Virus record (IMG/VR): IMGVR_UViG_3300023083_000001
Location: 124,001-188,000 of that record
DNA length: 64,000 bases
Reading direction: 5' to 3' (one strand)
Below the pieces are notes generated by a model. It was not told where the DNA came from and did no database searches. It worked only from the letters and a program-made list of their open reading frames with translations. This document shows positions 55,758-64,000 of this stretch, piece by piece. How positions within the stretch are numbered: the first letter of the stretch is position 1; every line of letters starts with the position of its first letter. Position numbers and translations under genes: made by a program.

Positions 55758-57479
55758 ATGGCCGAGGTTGAGAAAAAGTTATCGAACGGTGACACCGTCA
55801 TCTACTTTGAAGGTAAGCGCCGTAAGATCGAATTCAATTTGGACGACATCTACAAATACCGTCTGGTTGATGACGGTAGCGCCATTGTTCGTGGTAAAGG
55901 CACTTACGTCCCCATGGAAGGTGATCGGGTCTGGGATTGGCAACTGGGTTTCTTCCGCGTTGCGCGGGTAGACCTGACTGACTATCACGTCGACTTGACT
56001 TTCTGGGAAGCACCGCAGGCCGGTAGCGATATCGACCTGGAAGACAAGCTGTTGGGTGTTGGTCCTGGTTACACGTCTGAGTCGTACCGTGTTTACATCG
56101 ACAGCACGGTGTTCCCACACCGTCTGGACATGAACAGTCGCCTGCGCGCGTACGGCAGTGGCGCCAAGGAAGTACGGATCTTCATGGGTGTGAACGTTAC
56201 CGACACCGGTGAAGTCATCTCCCAGTACTACAATGCCAACACCATGGATTACGTCGGTGATGCAATCCCGTTGGAAGTGGTTCGTACCGATGATCCAAAC
56301 AACCTGGCGATCAAGTCTCCACGGTCAGCTTGGACTACCAAGGATGTAGCCGACGGTGAGTTGGTCACGGCTGTGGTTTACAATGACCAAGGCAGTGTGA
56401 CTGACATGTTCAAACTGTTGGTGCAAAACACCAACGTTGTTCGTCACCCGGAAGACGCGGATAAACGTGTCCGTGCTATCGAGTTGATCAGTCCATACTT
56501 GTCGAGCAGCGAGCCTAACACGTTGCTGGTACCTCTAAACGTCACTGTCGCTACATTGGCAATGCGGGCGAAGGTCACCTACATTGATGGCAGCACCGCC
56601 ACCCTGGACGTCACTGATGAAACCGCTAATGGAAAGTTCATTCTCGGCGGTTTGAAGTACTGGTCACCATCGGTGTCTGGCCAGGAACAGGAATTGACCT
56701 TGTTCTATCAGCTGTCGGATGGGGAAGAGTACTCCTATCTGCAAGGTGAGACTGCCAATGGCAAAGTCAAGCAGACGTACAAGATCCGCGCCAAAGATGT
56801 GGACTACGCATACAGCCTCAAGCTTTATGCATTCCCGGCTTGGATCAGCGGCGTTCAAGGCTACGGTCTGGAATACTGGCTGTACGATCTGACTCGCAAG
56901 GTGGCCCGTAAAGTGCCGAAAGCGGCTATCAGCCTGGGTACCGATGGTGCTCCATTCGACGGTCTGGATTACACCTCGACTCAACACGTGAAGTTTGGCG
57001 TGGACTTGTCGGTAGTCGATGTCGCTTACGGCGACGCTACACACGCACAGTCGATGCAGATTGCATTGCTGCGTGATGGTGGTGTGAACCTGAGCAACTG
57101 GAAAGTGAAGTTTGCTGGCAACCAAACCGACTGGTTCGGCGATGGCCTCGTGGCTAAAGTCAAAGCAGGCAGCAATGGTTTGAGCACCGTCAACTTCGGC
57201 CTGGGTCTTACTGACCAAGCCGCGTGGCTTGAGAAAGTGTATTACAGCGCTTCGCCGTTGTACGACATCCAGACCGAACCCCGTGCACCTGCTCCAACGC
57301 ACTTCATCGTAGTTACGAAAACGCGTACTGTCGAAGTGCTGATCAGTCAGTGGAAAAACGACATCACGTTCATCAACGATCTGACCGAAGGCCAGACGAT
57401 TTACCTGAAGTGGATCAAACGCCTCGCAGGCGGCGATCTACAGCTAGGTGTCTCGGGCTTCCCGGTTCATCAGGTGTAA
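55758..57479 (+). CDS. Virion structural/baseplate protein (phiKZ gp26-like)
   Basis: 573 aa, beta-rich, located before the terminase; synteny. Confidence 0.7.
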   Translation: MAEVEKKLSNGDTVIYFEGKRRKIEFNLDDIYKYRLVDDGSAIVRGKGTYVPMEGDRVWDWQLGFFRVARVDLTDYHVDLTFWEAPQAGSDIDLEDKLLGVGPGYTSESYRVYIDSTVFPHRLDMNSRLRAYGSGAKEVRIFMGVNVTDTGEVISQYYNANTMDYVGDAIPLEVVRTDDPNNLAIKSPRSAWTTKDVADGELVTAVVYNDQGSVTDMFKLLVQNTNVVRHPEDADKRVRAIELISPYLSSSEPNTLLVPLNVTVATLAMRAKVTYIDGSTATLDVTDETANGKFILGGLKYWSPSVSGQEQELTLFYQLSDGEEYSYLQGETANGKVKQTYKIRAKDVDYAYSLKLYAFPAWISGVQGYGLEYWLYDLTRKVARKVPKAAISLGTDGAPFDGLDYTSTQHVKFGVDLSVVDVAYGDATHAQSMQIALLRDGGVNLSNWKVKFAGNQTDWFGDGLVAKVKAGSNGLSTVNFGLGLTDQAAWLEKVYYSASPLYDIQTEPRAPAPTHFIVVTKTRTVEVLISQWKNDITFINDLTEGQTIYLKWIKRLAGGDLQLGVSGFPVHQV

Positions 57480-57488
57480 GTCGATACT

Positions 57489-57522
57489 CTGGGGGAGGGA
57501 ACTCCCCCAGGTGTCTATGCCG
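57489..57522 (+). terminator. Hairpin followed by TCTATGCCG
   Basis: CTGGGGGAG-GGAA-CTCCCCCAG; TATG at 57516 could also be the terminase promoter. Confidence 0.55.
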
Positions 57523-57536
57523 CTAGGAAAATAACC

Positions 57537-59717
57537 ATGGCGATCCTTTACGAATCGGATTGGGCAAAGTACCCCACCGCGATTGTTGACCTTGACAGTA
57601 CCAATGAAAGTTGGGTCAAACAGTGCGCCAAATACAAACAAATGGGAGTGAAACATTGGTACTTCCCTTTGGCTCTTTATACGCCTTCGCTGGCAGGGAT
57701 CGATCCTCATCGTAAGGATCTGACTGAAGCGCAGATGGTTGCCATTCTGAACGAATGCGCCTGGAACCCGTGGTACGTGATCCGTGAAGTCATCCGGGTC
57801 CCTGCAACGTCCGGTGGTGGTTCCAACCCACTGGGTGCTAACCGCGGTAACATCGCCATGTTCTGGTGCGTGCTGAACTCCTTCATTACTTACGTTCAGC
57901 AAATCCGTCAGACCGGTAAGTCTTTGAACACTCGTGTACTGGTGTTGTTGTTCCACCTCTTCATGGCGAGAGGTTCTCAGCACATTCTCTTTACCAAGGG
58001 TGACTTGCGTAAGGATGAGATCAAGTACTACAAGTTGATGCGGACGTTGATCCCAAACTGGATGTGGGAACTCACCAAGGAAGACACCGATAACCAACAC
58101 GAGTTCACCACCGCCGCTAACGGGAACAAGACCAAGTCCTACGTTCCACAAGGTGACCCTGAAACAGCGAACAGTGTTGGTCGTGGTACCACGCCTACAT
58201 TTGTTAACGTCGACGAACCACCGTTCTTGCCGTACGCTGAGATTTCGATCCCATCCCTGATCGCAGCCACCACGGCCTCTTTCGACGAAGCACGTCGTAA
58301 AGGTAAGATGCACGCCATTCTTTACACCACAACTGCTGGTGACTTGTCCACTGACTCAGGTCGTTATGTTTACGACATGATCAAGAAGAAAGCGATGTTC
58401 TTCACCGAACTGTTGTTTGACTGCAAGAACCGTGCTGATGCCGTGAAGATGATTCTGGCTAACAGTCGCTCTGATGTACCACACGTGGACATTTCGTTTA
58501 ACCACTTGCAGTTGGGTTACAGTGACCAATGGTTGCGTGAAAAGATTGCGGCTGTACCTGCTAAACGCGATCAGATCAAACGAGACTACTTGGGACAATG
58601 GACATTCGGTAGTACCTCGAACCCGATCCCTGAAAAGATCATGAACAAGATTCGGGACAATACCAACGAATGGCCCATCGTTACCAAGGATGAAACGCAA
58701 GGTTACACGATGCGTTTTCACGTACCGATTGACGAATGTAAACGTCGCCGTTCAGTGATGGGTATGGATACCTCGAACGCGGTAGGTCGAGATGCCATTA
58801 CCGGTGTCTTTGTGGATGTGGAGACCGGTGAGACGTTGTGTGCGTTCATGGTGAGTGAAGCAACCCTTCACAGATTCACTGAGTGGCTCGCACAGATGTT
58901 TGTCGACTTCCCTTACATGACGATGATCCCTGAAGCCAAGTCCTCCTGGCACGGCATCATGGACCACCTGCTGGCACTGTTGCCAATGAAGGGTATTGAC
59001 CCAGGTCGTCGTATCTACAGTCGGATTGTGCACAACGCAAACGGCAGTGAATCGGAACGTCGTGATTACCGTGACTTCTCAACTGGCGTACCTACTGAGC
59101 GTAAGTACTTCCCTTTCCGTAATGACTTCGGTTTCCCAACCAACGGTCCATTGCGCGAAACGTTGTACGTAACGATCCTTCGGGAAGCCACTCGTGATAG
59201 CGCCACGTTAATTCGTGACTCGATCATTATCGATGAGCTGTCCAGTCTGGTAGAACGTAACAACCGTATCGACCACAAAGCCTCAGGACACGATGACCAC
59301 GTCATTTCCTGGCTCATGGCTAACTGGTTACTGCGCAACAGCTACAACCTCAGCCACTACGGTATCGATCCTGCGAAAGTGTTGTCCAGGGTTAAAGTCA
59401 CCGCAGCGGGAGATAATCCAAAAGAGCAGGCGAAGTTGATCAAGGAAGAACGACTGAAACTTGAGATCATGGCGTTGGAGGAAAGGTACGAGAACGCTCA
59501 AGGGATCATGGAGCAGAAGTACCTGGCCGCCAAGATTGCATCCTTGAAGACAGACCAACGGACTGTGGACGATGATGCCGGCGGCGGTAGTATCGATAAG
59601 ACGTCGCATAACGCCAAGGTCACCAAGCAGAACGAACGAGCGCTCAATGCTCCTCGTAACCGTGAAGGTGTCTTTAGCGGCAGTGGTGGTCTTCGGTTTA
59701 ACATGAGACCACGTTGA
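57537..59717 (+). CDS. terL: Terminase large subunit (phiKZ gp25-like)
   Basis: Walker A RQTGKS, Walker B VNVDE, motif III TTTA, nuclease GMDTS...HDDHVISW; uninterrupted. Confidence 0.92.
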   Translation: MAILYESDWAKYPTAIVDLDSTNESWVKQCAKYKQMGVKHWYFPLALYTPSLAGIDPHRKDLTEAQMVAILNECAWNPWYVIREVIRVPATSGGGSNPLGANRGNIAMFWCVLNSFITYVQQIRQTGKSLNTRVLVLLFHLFMARGSQHILFTKGDLRKDEIKYYKLMRTLIPNWMWELTKEDTDNQHEFTTAANGNKTKSYVPQGDPETANSVGRGTTPTFVNVDEPPFLPYAEISIPSLIAATTASFDEARRKGKMHAILYTTTAGDLSTDSGRYVYDMIKKKAMFFTELLFDCKNRADAVKMILANSRSDVPHVDISFNHLQLGYSDQWLREKIAAVPAKRDQIKRDYLGQWTFGSTSNPIPEKIMNKIRDNTNEWPIVTKDETQGYTMRFHVPIDECKRRRSVMGMDTSNAVGRDAITGVFVDVETGETLCAFMVSEATLHRFTEWLAQMFVDFPYMTMIPEAKSSWHGIMDHLLALLPMKGIDPGRRIYSRIVHNANGSESERRDYRDFSTGVPTERKYFPFRNDFGFPTNGPLRETLYVTILREATRDSATLIRDSIIIDELSSLVERNNRIDHKASGHDDHVISWLMANWLLRNSYNLSHYGIDPAKVLSRVKVTAAGDNPKEQAKLIKEERLKLEIMALEERYENAQGIMEQKYLAAKIASLKTDQRTVDDDAGGGSIDKTSHNAKVTKQNERALNAPRNREGVFSGSGGLRFNMRPR

Positions 59718-59761
59718 CAGCATACAGCCCCGGCCGTGAAGCCGGGGCTGTATGTCGCTTA
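59715..59761. terminator. Bidirectional CATA..TATG hairpin; near-copy of 24586-24630
   Basis: TGACAGCATACAGCCCCGGCC-GTGAA-GCCGGGGCTGTATGTCG. Confidence 0.75.
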
Positions 59762-60979
59762 TCGACGCTGCGAGTTCATCGTGAATGTGCGCAACAGAAT
59801 GTATAATAACACTGCGTTACGTACTGATGCGATCAAGACCTTGTTCTTCGACTTGGTGGCAACCACCGAAATCTGTTCCGTCAGGTCACGTAACTCCAGG
59901 ATCATCGGGTTAGTTGTGCGACTGGCCTGGTAGAGTGAGCGCATCTTCTTGAGCAGGCCTGGAATGTCACTGCTCGATGCCATGGTACCTGGATTCTTGG
60001 TCAGGTAGTCAAAGGCGTGTTGTAGTGTCAATTCACAGATCCGCTGAACGCGTGGGTCGGCTTTGGGTGATGCGTTGTTTGCCATGTAGGTCAACACTTG
60101 CACCAAGTTGGACTTAGGCATTGTGGGGACTGTCTTGACAATGACACCGACCAGTTCAGGGATGATGAAGTTGTTCTTGTCGTGGATCAACTCCAACAGG
60201 TACCGCATGTACTGACTGATCAACCTGGTCTTATCCCTGACCTTGAGTTCCCCATCCAGTTCCAGCGTACTGCTGGTGTTTCGGATCTGGAGTTCAGGGG
60301 AGTTCTTCACAGCCGTGAACACGTCCATGATGTTCTTGATGATGTCTTTGATACGACCCTGGATATCGTTGACGATCTTGTCGATGTCTTGATCAAAGGT
60401 CACCAACTTGCTGTACCAGAGGCCGCCTTTACGCACGATATCGTCAGAACGGTTCTTCAGCAGTTCGTACCAACTCCCGTAGACCTTGATGCCAAATCGT
60501 TTGGTCAGTTGGGAATACGTGGCCTGCGCCACGATTGGATCTGCATCGAAACGGAAGAAGTGCGCAAGGATCGAGGTAATGAACTTGTATTGCAAAATCA
60601 ATGCGGTCGCCAGCGCACCTTCGTACTTGTCATCGTCGTTCAGCTTGTCTGAGGTCAGGAACTTGTGGATTACCCAGAGACAGGAGAGGTTCATGACATC
60701 GGAAGATACATGTCTATGAGTGACCACTTCCGGTAATGCGTAGAGATCATCTTCCAACGCTTGTTCATCAACGTCGAGGATCTCATCAAACCAACGGTTG
60801 CGGTCTTCATCTTTGAAACGAACCGGGTTTACGCCGAGCAGGTTACCGCCGAAGAATGCAATGTGGGTATCGTTTTTGGTAACGAAACGCCGTTCATAAT
60901 TCTGGATTTTATACAGCAGCTTCTGATCGAAGACCAGATGGGAGCAGTGATGCTCGAATACTTCTTTAATATTCTTCAT
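59759..60979 (-). CDS. Conserved phiKZ-like virion protein (gp32-like)
   Basis: H..FFGGNLLGV..VRF...D, VSSD..NL, F.IK.YGSW motifs; start 60979 or 60997. Confidence 0.65.
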   Translation of the reverse strand: MKNIKEVFEHHCSHLVFDQKLLYKIQNYERRFVTKNDTHIAFFGGNLLGVNPVRFKDEDRNRWFDEILDVDEQALEDDLYALPEVVTHRHVSSDVMNLSCLWVIHKFLTSDKLNDDDKYEGALATALILQYKFITSILAHFFRFDADPIVAQATYSQLTKRFGIKVYGSWYELLKNRSDDIVRKGGLWYSKLVTFDQDIDKIVNDIQGRIKDIIKNIMDVFTAVKNSPELQIRNTSSTLELDGELKVRDKTRLISQYMRYLLELIHDKNNFIIPELVGVIVKTVPTMPKSNLVQVLTYMANNASPKADPRVQRICELTLQHAFDYLTKNPGTMASSSDIPGLLKKMRSLYQASRTTNPMILELRDLTEQISVVATKSKNKVLIASVRNAVLLYILLRTFTMNSQRR

Positions 60980-61034
60980 GTAAAAGGTCTCGCCCATCTG
61001 GGGATGTTAATCACAGGATTAGAGTTAAAATAGT

Positions 61035-61059
61035 TACAGTCATACATTCTCTACTTGAA
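61035..61059 (+). promoter_or_regulatory. Putative early promoter
   Basis: TACAGTCATACATTC-TCTACT-TGAA. Confidence 0.6.
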
Positions 61060-61088
61060 TTCCAACACAATCGTCCCTGGAGGCGTAT

Positions 61089-61268
61089 ATGAAAAGCAAT
61101 GAAGTAGGTCATGTGCAACCCCTCACTCGCAGTGACGATTGTGATTGCGACGAATGTAACGCATCGGCAACGCTGCGTCTGACTGTAGCTGTTCCGAATG
61201 GGGTGTCTTATAAAGACTTCTGCTCGAGCTGTTACCGTGACCACACTTACGAACAAAAATCCGCTTAA
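61089..61268 (+). CDS. 59-aa zinc-finger protein (not in the ORF track)
   Basis: GGAGG SD; MKSNEVGHVQPLTRSDDCDCDECNASATLRLTVAVPNGVSYKDFCSSCYRDHTYEQKSA. Confidence 0.75.
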   Translation: MKSNEVGHVQPLTRSDDCDCDECNASATLRLTVAVPNGVSYKDFCSSCYRDHTYEQKSA

Positions 61269-61288
61269 ACACTAAGTAGTAGAGGAAG

Positions 61289-62179
61289 ATGAAAATGCTG
61301 TTAGCAGATAACACTTCAAACCAACCTTACGTGGCAACCGCTTTCCAGATCGTGCAACAACAGTACCTGAGTGAAAAGCCCATGAACAGTAAAGCGGTCA
61401 CGGACTTTAACGAGGATGAACTCGAACGCCTGCTGGCGGAACTACATCTCGAAGATCAAGGTATCTCCACTATGATCAGTGAACACGAAGTCACGGTGCG
61501 TCACAACCAACTGGCTGTTCAACGCAATGTCGAACAGAACTCGATTTCCGATACAGGTCAATCTCGTCATCAGGTCATTCGAGCGCAGGTTGAAGCTGAC
61601 CTGGATCGGATCTACGGTAAGGATGTGGTTGAAGTACAGGAAGTCGTTACCGGTCTGCCTGAGACAAACAACTGCGTCTCTGAAGTGCGCGTGCTGCGCA
61701 ATGGTGATGTCGGCCACACCAACATGGCTGTGATCGTCAACGACTGGTCAGAAGGCGTCTGGGAAGCTCCTAAGCGCATGATTGGCGTTGAGGTCTATCG
61801 TCAATTACCGGAAGACCTGAAAGATGCGTTGATCGCGAACTCAAGCTACATCCACGAGTTCACTCAACACCAGGCCGATGCTGGTATCAGTCGTCCCGCG
61901 ATCAAAATCGTCGACAAGTCGTTGATCGAATGGCTGGCTATCGTTGATCGCGAAACGCCTGACTTCGCCAAGCTGGAAATCGAATCGCGTAACGGTCGTG
62001 AATCGATGGAAGCGGTACGACGTTATCTGTTCGAAGACGAACGTCACACCCCTGGTGGCCTGAACACCGTCGTGGCCGAAGAATTTGAAAGCCTGGGATA
62101 CACAGTAGCATACAACCGTCTCGACGGCGTGCTGCTCTTTGCAATGAAATCAGGGTCTGTTCGCTGGACCGCAGTCTGA
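61289..62179 (+). CDS. Early hypothetical acidic protein
   Basis: 296 aa, GAGGA SD. Confidence 0.65.
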   Translation: MKMLLADNTSNQPYVATAFQIVQQQYLSEKPMNSKAVTDFNEDELERLLAELHLEDQGISTMISEHEVTVRHNQLAVQRNVEQNSISDTGQSRHQVIRAQVEADLDRIYGKDVVEVQEVVTGLPETNNCVSEVRVLRNGDVGHTNMAVIVNDWSEGVWEAPKRMIGVEVYRQLPEDLKDALIANSSYIHEFTQHQADAGISRPAIKIVDKSLIEWLAIVDRETPDFAKLEIESRNGRESMEAVRRYLFEDERHTPGGLNTVVAEEFESLGYTVAYNRLDGVLLFAMKSGSVRWTAV

Positions 62180-62185
62180 TCAATC

Positions 62186-62226
62186 AGCCCGGTGGAAACA
62201 CCGGGCTTTATGTTCCTTTTTTATTG
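62186..62226 (+). terminator. Terminator
   Basis: AGCCCGGTG-GAAA-CACCGGGCT then TTATGTTCCTTTTTT. Confidence 0.8.
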
Positions 62227-62234
62227 TAAAGGGT

Positions 62235-62259
62235 TGTAGTCACACATTACCCAACTGAA
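62235..62259 (+). promoter_or_regulatory. Putative early promoter
   Basis: TGTAGTCACACATTA-CCCAAC-TGAA. Confidence 0.6.
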
Positions 62260-62290
62260 CACAAACCCACATCCCTGAAAGGATATTGCA

Positions 62291-62593
62291 ATGCCTCGTC
62301 AAATTGTCTTCACTGATTCTATCGAACTGCTCGCACACGTGGACCGTATCGAGCATCGTTTCATCCCTCTGGATAATGATGAACTGGCGGTCAAGACTAC
62401 CTTGGTCTTTGCCGAGCACGAGTTCCACGTCACCACCAAGTCCCACGCACCACACACCAAGAACCATACGGCCATGGCCAGCAACATCAACGAAGCTCTC
62501 GACCAGGTCGAGATTGCTGTCCGTGAAGGGAAGATCGTCAACCTCGGTCGTACAGACATCTCCTTCGCTGAGAAAGAAGTCGAAGAAGACTAA
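62291..62593 (+). CDS. Early hypothetical protein
   Basis: AAGGA SD; has its own promoter motif and terminator. Confidence 0.7.
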   Translation: MPRQIVFTDSIELLAHVDRIEHRFIPLDNDELAVKTTLVFAEHEFHVTTKSHAPHTKNHTAMASNINEALDQVEIAVREGKIVNLGRTDISFAEKEVEED

Positions 62594-62606
62594 TCGCATC
62601 TGACTA

Positions 62607-62649
62607 CTCAGCGCACAGTTTTCTGTGCGTTGGGCTCTCTTTCTTTTTG
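62607..62649 (+). terminator. Terminator
   Basis: CTCAGCGCACAG-TTTT-CTGTGCGTTGGG then CTCTCTTTCTTTTTT. Confidence 0.75.
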
Positions 62650-62668
62650 TTAACAGGAGTTCTTTATA

Positions 62669-62941
62669 ATGCGCAAGTCCAAGGTTTACTTCGGTCGTAA
62701 CAAACGTGTCACTCAGTTTGGTAAAGTAGCCAACACTCAGGTCTGGGGTGTTCCAGTGATGCTTCGGCATTACTTCACCGTTCAGATGAAGCGCTACTTC
62801 GACATACAGCAAATGAAGCTGAACATCAACGGCAGTTACGGCTCGACGGTGCAACGTCCTGCGGTCGATCCGGGGAAGATGGAGCAGCTCCTGAATGAAC
62901 GCCGTCAACTTAAACAGAAATTCATGTCAGGTAACTTCTAA
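62669..62941 (+). CDS. Small basic hypothetical protein
   Basis: AGGAG SD; contains KLNINGSYG. Confidence 0.65.
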   Translation: MRKSKVYFGRNKRVTQFGKVANTQVWGVPVMLRHYFTVQMKRYFDIQQMKLNINGSYGSTVQRPAVDPGKMEQLLNERRQLKQKFMSGNF

Positions 62942-63537
62942 TGAGTTCTAACATTGCAGACTTCGGTAAGGCCCGGCGCACCAGGACCGCCAACAGCATT
63001 GACGAAACGCTGAAGAGATTCAGCCCGTTACTACCTGTGTTGGTAGAGAAGGGTGATGAAGTGGCTGAATATTTCAATTTGTTCGTCGTGAACGGAATGG
63101 AACTCGGCGGGGCGGAACTACGTCGCTGGTGTAATTTTGGCTGGGAACTTCCTGCCGGCGGTCCGGTGTTTGTGCAGTTCTCAGTCACCTGTAAAGTCCA
63201 AGGTAAGGAAGGTGCCTTCTTCAAAGTAGATCTGGTTCATAAACCAACTGACGTACCAGATCTCGATGCGCAGGGGAGTCATGCGGTAGCTTTTGGGAAG
63301 GCAGTCTTGGCACGGCTGAAAGATACCCACGACCGATGGAGTGCGCTCACATTTCACGTGTTGGGTGAGATTGTGAACAAGGTAATGTTGTCAGCCAGAC
63401 AAGGACGTATCGTCAAGTTTGAAGACAACGAAGGATACCACTTGCTGATACGTGACTTAACCAACAAAGATCTTTACCTGAAGATCTACCTGGGTGGTTG
63501 TTTCATCCACGGCGGCGTTGTTGAGGAGACTAAATAA
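62941..63537 (+). CDS. Hypothetical protein
   Basis: TAATG overlaps at both ends. Confidence 0.65.
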   Translation: MSSNIADFGKARRTRTANSIDETLKRFSPLLPVLVEKGDEVAEYFNLFVVNGMELGGAELRRWCNFGWELPAGGPVFVQFSVTCKVQGKEGAFFKVDLVHKPTDVPDLDAQGSHAVAFGKAVLARLKDTHDRWSALTFHVLGEIVNKVMLSARQGRIVKFEDNEGYHLLIRDLTNKDLYLKIYLGGCFIHGGVVEETK

Positions 63538-64000
63538 TGAGCCGTGAAGTACGTCGCGTTAAAGCAGATTGGAAACATCCGTCCACGGGATTCTACCACA
63601 ACGGCGAAATCAACTACGTTCCTCTTTACGATGGATCCAAGTACCAACGTGAAGTTGATCGGTGGGATGAGGAAAACGCCAAATGGGAAAATAAGGAATA
63701 TCCCAGCTGGGCGGACGAAGACGACAAAAAACTGACCTTCACTGAGTGGGATGGTGAACGTCCTGACGCTAAGGACTACATGCCGGTTTGGACAGATGAA
63801 GAGAAAACTCACTTCATGCTCTACGAGACTACCACTGAAGGTTCTCCGAAAAGCCCGGCGTTCGAAACGATTGAAGAACTGGCGCGTTGGTTGACTGATA
63901 ACCAAGCAACTACGTTTGGGCGGATGACCACCACGTACGACAGGTGGTTGGAGTTCTGCAAAGCGGGATGTGAGTCGGGCGGTTTCACGATGAGTTCACG
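63537..64000 (+). CDS. Hypothetical phage protein, 3'-truncated by the window (not in the ORF track)
   Basis: GAGGAG SD, TAATG overlap; MSREVRRVKADWKHP...MLYETTTEGSPKSPAFETIEELARWL, open to the window end. Confidence 0.75.
   Translation, partial: MSREVRRVKADWKHPSTGFYHNGEINYVPLYDGSKYQREVDRWDEENAKWENKEYPSWADEDDKKLTFTEWDGERPDAKDYMPVWTDEEKTHFMLYETTTEGSPKSPAFETIEELARWLTDNQATTFGRMTTTYDRWLEFCKAGCESGGFTMSS

Noticed and set aside
11264-62649. Repeated hairpins as a CRISPR array, REP family or tRNAs
   Set aside because: Dispersed singly at gene ends, with no spacer periodicity, no cloverleaf and no cas or transposase gene
63544-63735. Track ORFs 63544..63735 (+) and 63486..63905 (-)
   Set aside because: The real gene is the frame starting at 63537 with a GAGGAG SD that runs off the window

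Overview
This 64 kb window is from a phiKZ-like (Chimalliviridae-type) jumbo myophage, recognised from motifs and gene order, not from database searches. It encodes three virion RNA polymerase (vRNAP) subunits: a gp178-like beta N-part, a gp149-like beta C-part and a gp180-like beta' with DFDGD. It also encodes a gp175-like prohead protease, large terminase, sheath and tube, baseplate/neck proteins, a 2.2 kaa tail lytic transglycosylase, central spike plus PAAR tip, a paralogous tail-fibre cluster, SbcC, RNase H, UvsX and a probable i/o-spanin pair. Three accessory islands (about 11.3-11.8 kb, 44-49 kb and 61-64 kb) carry a repeated promoter-like motif, TCACACATT-N7-YGAA/TAGA. No tRNA, rRNA, CRISPR array, chimallin, tubulin or non-virion RNAP gene was seen. 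The most unusual signals are cis-acting: (i) two kinds of terminator-like hairpin, U-less CATA-stem-TATG versus stem plus TACACTTCTTTTTTT, which largely sort with late versus early genes; (ii) face-to-face TATG motifs at divergent junctions; (iii) a gene bracketed by structured RNA. Protein-level oddities include a tandem pair of possible ubiquitin-like proteins, a glycine-zipper internal head protein, an unannotated 59-aa zinc finger and a small protein with PolB-finger-like motifs. No complete novel multi-gene system can be proven from sequence alone; these are candidates. phiKZ gene numbers are from recall and need confirming.
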